DNA of 64,000 bases from Acidobacteriota bacterium (GTDB lineage: Bacteria; Acidobacteriota; UBA890), in NCBI GenBank assembly GCA_002731215.1, contig PCAP01000060.1:97-64096 (forward strand). The letters run 5' to 3'. This document shows, in pieces, positions 9,108-17,258 of the stretch. The notes under the pieces were generated by a model. The model saw only the letters and a program-made list of their open reading frames with translations. It was not told the origin of the DNA and did not search any database. A program made the translations under genes and the position numbers. Position 1 is the first letter of the stretch, and every line of letters starts with the position of its first letter.

Positions 9108-10322
9108 ATGGCAGCCGTTTCGAGCATCGCCAGGGCAAAAGAGAAGGCTCTGAAGAGGATAGACGAGCTCGCTGACACCCTCATTAGCGTCTCACACCAG
9201 ATCCACACTCAACCCGAACTGGGTTTCAAGGAACACATCGCTCACGAGATTCTCACTGGAATACTTGAAGAAGAGGGCCTGGAGGTTGTCAAATCTGCCT
9301 ACGGGCTGGACACAGCATTCGTGGCCTCGGCAGGTAGTAGGGGACCAGTAGTGGCGGTGTTGTGCGAATACGACGCGCTGCCCGGAATCGGACATGCATG
9401 CGGGCACAACCTCATTGCTGCGGCTGGGCTGGGCGCTGGGCTGGCTGCAGCTGCTGTAGCTGACGATCTGACTGGACGCATACGGATTCTCGGTACACCA
9501 GCAGAAGAAGGAGGAGGCGGAAAGGTGCTGATGCTTGAGAGGGGAGCATTTGAGGAAGTGGACGCCGCACTGATGGTTCACCCAGCAGACGCTGATCTGC
9601 GCAGCATTTCGAGCCTTGCCGTCCAACAGATCAGCGTGGTCTATACCGGCAAGGCGGCACACGCTGCAGCGGCGCCCGAAGCTGGCCTCAACGCACTGGA
9701 CGCAGCCGTCCTCGGATACATGAACGTCGGAGCACTCCGCCAGCACATCTCGCCGGAAGAACGAATACATGGAATTTTCACAAATGCGGGCCAACGGGCC
9801 AACATCGTGCCTGAGGAGACATCTGCGAGCTGGTACGTTCGCTCGCCAGATCGTGCAGGTGTAGATGCATTGGCGCAACGGGTTATCGCATGCCTTGAGG
9901 CCGGAGCGGCAGCAAGCGGTTGTTCTATAAACTGCGAACTGGGTCAGCCCGTCTACAACGAGGTAAAAGACAACCAGGCTCTACTTGACCGCTACGTGGC
10001 CAACTCTGTCAGCCTTGGGCGTGAAGTCCACCCCACCAACGGCCACCAGGTAGTCGGCAGTACCGACCTCGGCAACGTCAGTTATGCGGTGCCGGCAATT
10101 CACCCCATGATCAAGGCAGCGCCTTTAGGGACGGCAATCCATACCAACGACTTCGCGACTGCGGCCGTGAGCCAAGAAGCCGACCTTTCAGTTCTCCACG
10201 CCGCCCGCACAATGGCACTCACAGTCGTGGACTGCTGGACTGACGATCGGACACTGGAGGCAGCCAGGGCTGAATTTGCTTCCGCCGGTGGTGTCCGCGA
10301 AGGCGACGACGCGACGCCCTAG
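9108..10322 (+). CDS. M20D-family amidohydrolase/peptidase (hippurate hydrolase / AbgB-like)
   Basis: Metal-binding motifs ACGHN and GTPAEEGGGGK are present, with overall M20 architecture across 404 aa. Confidence 0.8.
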   Translation: MAAVSSIARAKEKALKRIDELADTLISVSHQIHTQPELGFKEHIAHEILTGILEEEGLEVVKSAYGLDTAFVASAGSRGPVVAVLCEYDALPGIGHACGHNLIAAAGLGAGLAAAAVADDLTGRIRILGTPAEEGGGGKVLMLERGAFEEVDAALMVHPADADLRSISSLAVQQISVVYTGKAAHAAAAPEAGLNALDAAVLGYMNVGALRQHISPEERIHGIFTNAGQRANIVPEETSASWYVRSPDRAGVDALAQRVIACLEAGAAASGCSINCELGQPVYNEVKDNQALLDRYVANSVSLGREVHPTNGHQVVGSTDLGNVSYAVPAIHPMIKAAPLGTAIHTNDFATAAVSQEADLSVLHAARTMALTVVDCWTDDRTLEAARAEFASAGGVREGDDATP

Positions 10323-10333
10323 CCTCAGCGCCC

Positions 10334-11968
10334 GTGTCCACCTACGTAGCTGAGGAGTTCAGCGCTGACGAGGCAGACGTACTGCGTCGTTACTTCACGA
10401 ACTTGGACCAACCTGTGTTCGCTCTGGTTAATCTGCCAGAGGTGGTGAAGGGGGCACTCTTCGCGCGTTACTCGCGATCCGAAAAGAGTCTCAGACGACT
10501 GTTCCTCGAGGAGTTTGTAGGTGAACTGGACGTTTCCGGCGATGAGACTATCGATGCAACGGTGGGACTACGTCGCGCAGAAGAACTCTATGACCGTGTC
10601 TTTTTCGAGTTCGGCGACGACAGCGTCGCCCAGTTAGGGGGTGTTCACCTAGCCTGTGAGCAGGCCTCAAACCTGCTCACCAAGGTGCTTGAGTGGGGTC
10701 GCATGATGTCCTACCTTGAGCAGTCTACTCGCTATATAGCGTATGACTTGAGGCTCGGCGGACGGTACCGCTACTACCGGGACCCAGAGATCCTTTCATC
10801 ACCACTGGGAGCCAGGTACATCTCTGACATGGACCGGCTCTTTGAGAACTACGCCGAGATGGTTCCGCTCATGGTCAACCATTTTCGGGCTAAAACACCA
10901 AAGGTCGAAAGGGACTCGGACTTCGTTTATCGCCAGGCATTGGCTGCCAAAGCATTCGATTCTGTTAGGGGAATGCTTCCTGCCGCCTCACTCTCGAACG
11001 TTGGCATCTATGCATCCGGGCAGGCCTACGAGGCGCTTCTCGTCCGCATGCGGGCCCACCCGCTCCCTGAGGCCAGGACCTATGCCGAAATGATGTTGAC
11101 CGAACTCCGCAAGGTCATTCCATCATTCCTCAAGCGAGTCGACCTGCCTGATAGGGGAGCGGCGGTAGGCGCCTATGGCATCGACTGTAGAGAGCGAGTT
11201 GCAGACATCGCCGATGAACTATTTCCTTCCGGGGAGCCTATTGATGACGTGAAGTTGGTCGATTTGACTGACTTTGATCCGGATGCCGAGGTCAAGTTGG
11301 TTGCAGCCGTTCTCTACCCCTTTACGAACCGACCGGACCGGAGAGTAGAGGATCGGGTTGGGGCCATGACAGTTGCAGAACGCCTATCCGTACTCAAGGC
11401 TTTTGTCGGAGACCGGTCCAACCGGCGCCATCGCCCCGGCAGGGCCCTCGAAAGGCCTTCCTACCGCTTTGACATACTGTCCGACTACGGGGCCTTTCGA
11501 GACCTACAGCGTCACCGAATGATGACTCTGGACTGGCAACGTCTTAGCACTACGCACGGTTACGTGAGGCCCCCAGAGGTCGATGCTGCAGGCTTCACGG
11601 ATCAGTTCGACGCTTCTATGAACCGCTCGGCAGCCCTCCACGATGCGTTGCAACCGGCATTTCCGGATCAGGCATCGTACGCTGCCTCTCTCGCTCACCG
11701 TGTTCGCTACATGATGCAGATGAACGCCAGGGAGGCGATGCATGTACTTGAGCTACGTACGTCCCCTCAGGGGCATCCCGCGTATCGTGAAGTGTGCCAG
11801 CAGATGCACACTCTTATCCGAGATGTGGCCGGACACCGGGCTATTGCCGAGATGATGGTTTTCGTCGATCACTCCTCAGGCACTGACCTAGAGCGCCTTG
11901 ACTCAGAGCGTCGAAGCGAGCAAAAGAGGGTTCAGGCTGTTGACACGTCAGACTCCTCAATCGGTTGA
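10334..11968 (+). CDS. ThyX-like (FAD-dependent thymidylate synthase fold) protein with two tandem ThyX-like halves
   Basis: Half 1 has ARYSRS and HLACEQAS, resembling ThyX GRACYQS and HASV. Half 2 has RHR at DLQRHRMMTL, but the spacing to Ser is non-canonical. Total length is 544 aa. Confidence 0.45.
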   Translation: MSTYVAEEFSADEADVLRRYFTNLDQPVFALVNLPEVVKGALFARYSRSEKSLRRLFLEEFVGELDVSGDETIDATVGLRRAEELYDRVFFEFGDDSVAQLGGVHLACEQASNLLTKVLEWGRMMSYLEQSTRYIAYDLRLGGRYRYYRDPEILSSPLGARYISDMDRLFENYAEMVPLMVNHFRAKTPKVERDSDFVYRQALAAKAFDSVRGMLPAASLSNVGIYASGQAYEALLVRMRAHPLPEARTYAEMMLTELRKVIPSFLKRVDLPDRGAAVGAYGIDCRERVADIADELFPSGEPIDDVKLVDLTDFDPDAEVKLVAAVLYPFTNRPDRRVEDRVGAMTVAERLSVLKAFVGDRSNRRHRPGRALERPSYRFDILSDYGAFRDLQRHRMMTLDWQRLSTTHGYVRPPEVDAAGFTDQFDASMNRSAALHDALQPAFPDQASYAASLAHRVRYMMQMNAREAMHVLELRTSPQGHPAYREVCQQMHTLIRDVAGHRAIAEMMVFVDHSSGTDLERLDSERRSEQKRVQAVDTSDSSIG

Positions 11969-12077
11969 ATGGCAAGGCATCCATAGGCGTATGCCTAGTT
12001 GGCTCTAATGGTGGTGTCCAAAGGCACCAGAACCTGTCTATGATCCGGCCGCGATCCGAAGAACACCCGAGGGAACA

Positions 12078-12512
12078 ATGAGCGACAACGAAACTACTGA
12101 CGAACCGCCCGGCGAGGACTTTGAGGGGGAACCGCCCGGCGAGGACTTTGAGGGAGAACCGCCCGGTGAGGACTTCGAAGGCGATGATGATGCACCTAAG
12201 TCCGACGAGGATGAAGACGAAGATGAAGACGAAGCTGGCCCTCGTGCTACAAGTGCTGCTGCTGCAGACGATGAGGACGACCTTGATCCAGATGACGTCG
12301 AAGCTGATTTAGATGCAATCCTCAAGGAACGGATTGCAGCTGGCGACGACGACGACGACGAAGGCGCCACGCAGGCAACTTCGATAGCGACCGACAGCAT
12401 CGAGGAACGTCAAGAAACTGAGCTTCACTGCCCTCACTGCTTCCTACTCGTGCAGGCGAGTGCAGTCGCTGAGACTGGTGAATGCGGACACTGCGGTGGC
12501 CCCATTTCGTGA
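12078..12512 (+). CDS. DUF4193-like acidic protein with C-terminal CxxC...CxxC zinc ribbon
   Basis: Highly acidic N-terminus. C-terminal HCPHCFLLVQASAV...CGHCGG matches the DUF4193 pattern. It contains three perfect EPPGEDFEG repeats. Confidence 0.6.
   Translation: MSDNETTDEPPGEDFEGEPPGEDFEGEPPGEDFEGDDDAPKSDEDEDEDEDEAGPRATSAAAADDEDDLDPDDVEADLDAILKERIAAGDDDDDEGATQATSIATDSIEERQETELHCPHCFLLVQASAVAETGECGHCGGPIS
12102..12182 (+). repeat. perfect tandem repeat, 3 x 27 bp (encodes EPPGEDFEG x3)
   Basis: The unit gaaccgcccggcgaggactttgaggg(g/a) is read three times consecutively in the sequence. The third copy has synonymous changes. Confidence 0.85.
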
Positions 12513-13005
12513 GACTTTCGGATTGCTGAGAGTGGAAGCAGCGCGACGGGCGACTACAGAAGACCAAGTAGCTTTGGTGGCACTCTTGGGTTCTGCTCGC
12601 TCAGAACTGGTGGACAAACGAGGAGGGCAAGTGTTGGCACTCCGCGACAATGCTGCTCACGACCTGCCTGCTTACGTTGAGACTTGTCTCTCCTCACAAG
12701 AGATGGTTGTCGCCATCGGCACGTTCGACAAGGTCCCAATGGGCTTTGGCCTGATGCGAACCTTTCGGGCTGCCGACGATGCCATCCATGCTGTGATCAA
12801 GGAGCTGTTTGTCGAACCTGAAGCCAGGTCAGTCGGGATTGGCGAAGCTCTTTTGATGTTCATGCTTGATGCCGCTAGAAAGCGAAACGCGCTCGGGATT
12901 GAAGCACTTGCACTTCCAGGCGACAGAGAAACAAAGAACTTCTTTGAGACACAGGGAATGTCGGCTCGAGCGCTTGTGGTACACCGCTGGCTGGATGACC
13001 GGTGA
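12460..13005 (+). CDS. GNAT family N-acetyltransferase; the true start is probably TTG/GTG near 12523-12532
   Basis: Acetyl-CoA binding motif VEPEARSVGIGEALL (R/Q-x-x-G-x-G/A). The ATG ORF overlaps the upstream gene by 52 nt, so an internal start is likely. Confidence 0.6.
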   Translation: MQSLRLVNADTAVAPFRETFGLLRVEAARRATTEDQVALVALLGSARSELVDKRGGQVLALRDNAAHDLPAYVETCLSSQEMVVAIGTFDKVPMGFGLMRTFRAADDAIHAVIKELFVEPEARSVGIGEALLMFMLDAARKRNALGIEALALPGDRETKNFFETQGMSARALVVHRWLDDR

Positions 13006-13427
13006 GTGTCGGAGGGCCACAACTCTGCGTTGGCGCTATCGCCGTAGATGGAGCAAACCTCCTCATGATTCGACGCGGCACTGTGCCGGGAGTTGGCAGG
13101 TGGTCACTGCCTGGAGGTCGAATTGAGGCAGGGGAATCAGTGGTTTCAGCAGTGGTCCGAGAACTGAGAGAGGAAACCGGCCTTGAAGGTGTCTGCGGTG
13201 CCTTCACCGGTTGGGTAGAACGCTTTGGGACAGATCACCACCACGTGATCCTCAACTTCCAAGCAGCGGTCCTCGATGCTACTGAGCCCGTTGCAGGTGA
13301 CGATGCCAGCGCTGCACGTTGGGTGCCCCTAGCGGATGTTGGGAAACTGGATCTTGTGGACGGACTGGAGGTATTCCTAACTGATCATGGCGTGCTCGGG
13401 ACCGGAGGTGCTCTGGGAATCTCCTGA
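13002..13427 (+). CDS. NUDIX hydrolase
   Basis: Nudix box GGRIEAGESVVSAVVRELREETGL. GTG start overlapping the GNAT stop (GTGA). Confidence 0.8.
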   Translation: MSVGGPQLCVGAIAVDGANLLMIRRGTVPGVGRWSLPGGRIEAGESVVSAVVRELREETGLEGVCGAFTGWVERFGTDHHHVILNFQAAVLDATEPVAGDDASAARWVPLADVGKLDLVDGLEVFLTDHGVLGTGGALGIS

Positions 13428-13434
13428 ACTTTTT

Positions 13435-14214
13435 TCAGCGACCCTTCCAGACAGGGTTCCGCTTTTCTATGAACGCACGAGGGCCTTCTAGGAAGTCTTC
13501 GCTACGCCAGACAGCCTGACTTTCAGAGGTCACAACGGTGTTCGCCTCCTTATCGGACAAGAAACGCGTTGCCAGAATTGAACGTCGAGATGAACGTACT
13601 GCCAAGGGGGCATTGGCGTTGATCTCAGCAGCAAGATCTAGTGCTACCTCAAGGGCCCTGCCGGGTTCGGTTAAGCGGTTGACCATTCCATACCGGTGGG
13701 CGTCTTCAGCGCTGAGGTCACGACCGGTGAGCGCAAGTTCCATTGCAACGGTCGGAGGAAGGAAATACGGCAGACGAAAGAGGCCACCTGCTGCGGCAAT
13801 CAGCGATCTCTTAACCTCAGGGATACCAAAATGCGCGGCTGTGGACGCCACAACCAGGTCGCAGGCCAGGACAATCTCGGTTCCGCCGGCTACTGCCGGA
13901 CCGTCAACCACTGCAATGAGGGGCTTGGAGCGTTCTCTGTCTACGAGGCCTGCGAAACCACCCTTGGTGGTTGTTAGGTTGGCTGAACCGCTGGCAATTG
14001 CCTTTAGATCGGCCCCTGCACAGAACGCGGGCCCATTCGAACACAGGAGTCCCACCCATGCCTGGTCGTCCTGTTCTAGTTGGTCAACGGCGGTTTCAAT
14101 AGCTTCAGCCATCTCAGAGTTGATTGCGTTGCGAGCATCAGGCCGGTTCATGCGTATGAACCCCACCCGGTCGATTGACTCGTACTCGACGATCACGCCG
14201 GCGACACTAGCCAC
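13435..14214 (-). CDS. enoyl-CoA hydratase/isomerase (crotonase family)
   Basis: Crotonase motifs FCAGADL and GGTEIVLACD are present. The start was trimmed to GTG at 14214, because the longer ATG ORF overlaps the upstream gene. Confidence 0.8.
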   Translation of the reverse strand: MASVAGVIVEYESIDRVGFIRMNRPDARNAINSEMAEAIETAVDQLEQDDQAWVGLLCSNGPAFCAGADLKAIASGSANLTTTKGGFAGLVDRERSKPLIAVVDGPAVAGGTEIVLACDLVVASTAAHFGIPEVKRSLIAAAGGLFRLPYFLPPTVAMELALTGRDLSAEDAHRYGMVNRLTEPGRALEVALDLAAEINANAPLAVRSSRRSILATRFLSDKEANTVVTSESQAVWRSEDFLEGPRAFIEKRNPVWKGR

Positions 14215-14248
14215 CGTTTGGAGCGGGTCCGACGTCGGGCCCTCAGCC

Positions 14249-15538
14249 CTAGAAGGCTGTCGGACGGCGTGGTCGTCGACTGCGGCGAGTGGGAGCAGGT
14301 TTGATTCCAAAACTACTCGCCACATCAGGGACGTTCATGGACACCCTTCGTACAACCTCAAGCAACTCCTCAGCAGGTTCTGCTGGGAGGCCTTCAGGAA
14401 CTACGCGAAGGTGAACAGGGGAGAGTGCAACAGCGTCGATGATCGTCGCCCAGCGGTCCTGGCTGATCTGAGAGGTGAGGCTGGCATTTGCTGCTTCGGC
14501 AAGGCGATCTAGCTCAGCTGGCGGTAGGGGAGCGCCGGCTTTGGGCGGCCTTGAACTAAGGCGCAACGCACGTACGATCCGACCCGAATCGAGCGTGCTG
14601 CGGACCTCGTTCATCCATTCCGTGTGTTCTCGATCAACCCTTGTTGCGAGTTCTTCCCGTAGCTTCCCAGCGAGTTCTCGTGTCTCGTCGCTTCGTGCTG
14701 CCGTGTCGGATGCGACGACAACGGAGCGAAGGTCGCGCAAATCAACCTCGGCGATACCAGTTAGGGCTGCCTCTGCACGGTCATGCCAGTCGGCTGTCCG
14801 CAGCGAAGGATAGATTCTCTCGCCGAGTTGAACTAGGAGACTCGTCGGAATCTCCGGCTCACCTGCCTCCAAAGCGGCCTTGTTCTGTGCCTCAACTGTG
14901 TCGCGCAGTCCCGGGATGCCACCACGTGCCAGAATTTGTCCAATCAGGTGCAGTTCTTCCGGTAAAGCTGCCAAGGCGGCCTTGCGGTGTTTCCTACGTG
15001 GCCGCAGGCGTTTCGGCTTCGGTGGGCCTTCGGTGGCGGTGGAGGGGCTAGCAGTAGCACCTTTACGTGAACGACGCCTGCTGGACTCCTTCTTCTTGTT
15101 GCTCGACCCCGTTTCGCCATCACTCCTAGTACTTTGACTCCGCTCACCGCGTTCTTTGCGCCGACCCTTCCCATCCTTTCCGTCTCTACGGCGACCTCTG
15201 GGCTTGTCGTCACTGTGTGGGCTTTCACCCTTACGACCAGAGCGTCCCTTTTTCGCAAGCGTTGTGATGACCTGAGGTTCGTTGCGTCCGCTGCCAAGGA
15301 TTTCGAGAAGGTCAGGCTGATCACTGCCGGCCTTTGGTAGAAGCAATGCTGTGATCTCGAGGCCATCCAAAAATTGTTCGGTTTCAGCACGGAGCTGATC
15401 GCCCACTGCTGCGCCAGTGGGAAGAAGACTGCCATCGAGGGTTCCTCGTGGCTCTCGAGCCCCTGCGGCCCTCCAGGTCCAGGATCCGTCGTCGCGGCTA
15501 CTTGTCAGTTCGATCTCGATACGTGGCATGGCCCACAA
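14249..15538 (-). CDS. conserved hypothetical protein with a central Arg/Lys/Ser-rich low-complexity linker of about 110 aa
   Basis: 429-aa ORF with coding-like composition. The N-terminal and C-terminal globular parts are joined by KKGRSGRKGESP...RLRPRRKHRK. The start abuts the AT-rich island. Confidence 0.5.
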   Translation of the reverse strand: MWAMPRIEIELTSSRDDGSWTWRAAGAREPRGTLDGSLLPTGAAVGDQLRAETEQFLDGLEITALLLPKAGSDQPDLLEILGSGRNEPQVITTLAKKGRSGRKGESPHSDDKPRGRRRDGKDGKGRRKERGERSQSTRSDGETGSSNKKKESSRRRSRKGATASPSTATEGPPKPKRLRPRRKHRKAALAALPEELHLIGQILARGGIPGLRDTVEAQNKAALEAGEPEIPTSLLVQLGERIYPSLRTADWHDRAEAALTGIAEVDLRDLRSVVVASDTAARSDETRELAGKLREELATRVDREHTEWMNEVRSTLDSGRIVRALRLSSRPPKAGAPLPPAELDRLAEAANASLTSQISQDRWATIIDAVALSPVHLRVVPEGLPAEPAEELLEVVRRVSMNVPDVASSFGIKPAPTRRSRRPRRPTAF

Positions 15539-15655
15539 CGCTAGCCGTAAGGAAGGGGATGGCTACTTGAAGGCAACTACTTTGATTGTTCAAATCCACC
15601 ACTTGTGTAGATAATGTATATTATCATCTATTCCAATAGTTGAAGATCAGGGACT
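15539..15655. promoter_or_regulatory. AT-rich (about 30-35% GC) divergent intergenic island between the 14249-15538 gene and the xer-like gene
   Basis: There is a sharp GC drop relative to the roughly 60% GC flanks. It contains TTGATT and TAGATAAT/TATATTAT promoter-like hexamers and the dif-like palindrome. Confidence 0.6.
15604..15631. other. dif-like 28-bp candidate Xer recombination site (11-6-11): tgtgtagataa-tgtata-ttatcatctat
   Basis: The central hexamer TGTATA and inner arms ATAA/TTAT are identical to the E. coli dif core (CATAA-TGTATA-TTATG). The arms are partially palindromic (GATAA...TTATC). It lies 24 bp upstream of a XerC/D-type recombinase gene. Confidence 0.4.
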
Positions 15656-16690
15656 ATGGAGCAAATGGCCTACAGGGTTCTCCCAGAGACTGAGGACATG
15701 TCAGCCGTCTTTCATGAATGGCTTGCAGACTTGCCGCTGTACGAGGACAAGCCGCCTAACACGATTCGCGCCTACAGCCAGGGAGTCCGAAGGCTCGTGT
15801 CTCACGCAGGCGTAGCTCCAAGTTCCTTTGCTCCTGATGCTCTTGACCAAGCACTCCTTACAGATGCCGTACGGGAAATGCGGGCGAGCGGAGAGGTCTC
15901 CAAGGCGACCCTCAACCAAAGCCTCGCTGCTCTTCGATCCTTCTTTGACTGGTGCCTCACTAAGCGCCTTGTGGACACTGTCCCTGACATCGGCCGAATT
16001 CGAAAACTGGCCAAGTTGGAAGTTCCACAAGTGGATCCTGAGTACTTTCGGCCTGGCGAAATTCGGGATCTCTATATTGCAGCCACCGAGCCCGGCGACC
16101 GGTCAAGCCGCGTCCGCTGGGCGTCCAGGGACCTCGCAATGTGTGCATTTCTTGCGGTTCTAGGGCTGCGGGCCTCCGAGTTGACGGACGCTGACATTGG
16201 CTGGGTGACACGCGAGCGCCTAGATGACCTAGCAGGAAGAGCTACATGGATGATGCAGGTCCTTGGAAAGGGACGCAGGATTCGCCACCTTCCACTCTCA
16301 CCCGAACTCATCGATGCCAACACCCTTTGGCAAGCAGAACGTGAGGACCGATTTGGCGTAGCTCGTTCCGACGATCCCTTGTTCCTCACCAATGATGGCG
16401 AACGGTTCAACTATCGCCGACTCAGGTACTGGCTCCTTACCCTTAACCGGCAGGCAGGCTTGCGCAATCGTTCTTTGCATTCGCTTCGGCACACGGCTGG
16501 TGTTCAGTTGGCTTCTGACGGCGTTCCCATGAACGTGATTCAAAGTCTCCTGGGACATGCCAGCATTACGACCACTGGGATTTACACAGCGATTGCGGGT
16601 GGTGAGCTGGTCGGAGTCGTAGCGAGATCTGGGGCTAACACACTCCTTGGTGACACACTCAAAGGTGACTCCAAGGATGTTGGAGGATGA
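15656..16690 (+). CDS. tyrosine site-specific recombinase, XerC/XerD-like
   Basis: N-terminal SAM-like core-binding domain (TIRAYSQGVRRL). Catalytic residues are R in the ASELTDADI region, HSLRHT (H-x-x-R) and LLGHASITTTGIYT (H...Y), closely resembling Xer LLGHSDLSTTQIYT. Confidence 0.8.
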   Translation: MEQMAYRVLPETEDMSAVFHEWLADLPLYEDKPPNTIRAYSQGVRRLVSHAGVAPSSFAPDALDQALLTDAVREMRASGEVSKATLNQSLAALRSFFDWCLTKRLVDTVPDIGRIRKLAKLEVPQVDPEYFRPGEIRDLYIAATEPGDRSSRVRWASRDLAMCAFLAVLGLRASELTDADIGWVTRERLDDLAGRATWMMQVLGKGRRIRHLPLSPELIDANTLWQAEREDRFGVARSDDPLFLTNDGERFNYRRLRYWLLTLNRQAGLRNRSLHSLRHTAGVQLASDGVPMNVIQSLLGHASITTTGIYTAIAGGELVGVVARSGANTLLGDTLKGDSKDVGG

Positions 16691-17235
16691 GCAGGACAAC
16701 AAAGGCACGTTTGCTGGTTGCCGCACCTGAGTTGGCTGATCCGAACTTCTTCAGGACCGTCCTCCTCATGGTCGAACACAACGGTGAAGGTGCTCTCGGA
16801 TTGGTGCTGAATCGACCTCTTCTAGTTTCCGCGGCTGAGGCTGTTCCCCATTGGGCAGGCCTCATTGAGCCACCGGGACTACTGCACTCGGGTGGTCCGG
16901 TATCTCAGGGGTCAATCGTGGGCCTCGGCCTGGCTCCGGAAGGTGGGCATCCATGTGTGACTCCCCTGCTTGGACCTCTCGGCGTAGTTGACCTTCACGG
17001 TCATCCTGAACAAGCCTCTGGCATCTCCTCAATTCGACTCTTTTCGGGCTATTCGGGCTGGTCTGCAGGTCAACTGGAGGAGGAGCTGGCGGTGGGATCT
17101 TGGTTTGTCCTAGAGGCACAGCCGTTAGATGCAACATCGACGGACCCGCAAGGGCTGTGGTCGGCAGTACTTGCCCGGCAGACAGGTCTCCTCGGTCAGA
17201 TGGGCGCCTATCCGGATGACCCATCGGTCAACTGA
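16687..17235 (+). CDS. YqgE/AlgH family protein (UPF0301/DUF179)
   Basis: 182 aa with an N-terminal LLVAAPELADPNFFRTVLLMVEHN motif characteristic of YqgE/AlgH. ATGA overlap with the recombinase. Confidence 0.75.
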   Translation: MSRTTKARLLVAAPELADPNFFRTVLLMVEHNGEGALGLVLNRPLLVSAAEAVPHWAGLIEPPGLLHSGGPVSQGSIVGLGLAPEGGHPCVTPLLGPLGVVDLHGHPEQASGISSIRLFSGYSGWSAGQLEEELAVGSWFVLEAQPLDATSTDPQGLWSAVLARQTGLLGQMGAYPDDPSVN

Positions 17236-17258
17236 TTCTGGGGCCAGTCCAAGTAGTT

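Noticed and set aside
12038-12400. 120-aa Ser-rich ORF on the minus strand
   Set aside because: It is exactly antisense to the acidic repeat region of the DUF4193 gene, because GAA/GAG/GAC codons read as Ser/Leu on the opposite strand. It is a mirror artefact.
14475-15435. Several Arg/Ser-rich ORFs (+ strand and a 163-aa minus-frame ORF) within the 14249-15538 gene
   Set aside because: They are shadow ORFs of the basic low-complexity linker. The long 429-aa frame has globular ends and coherent codon usage, and the others have none.
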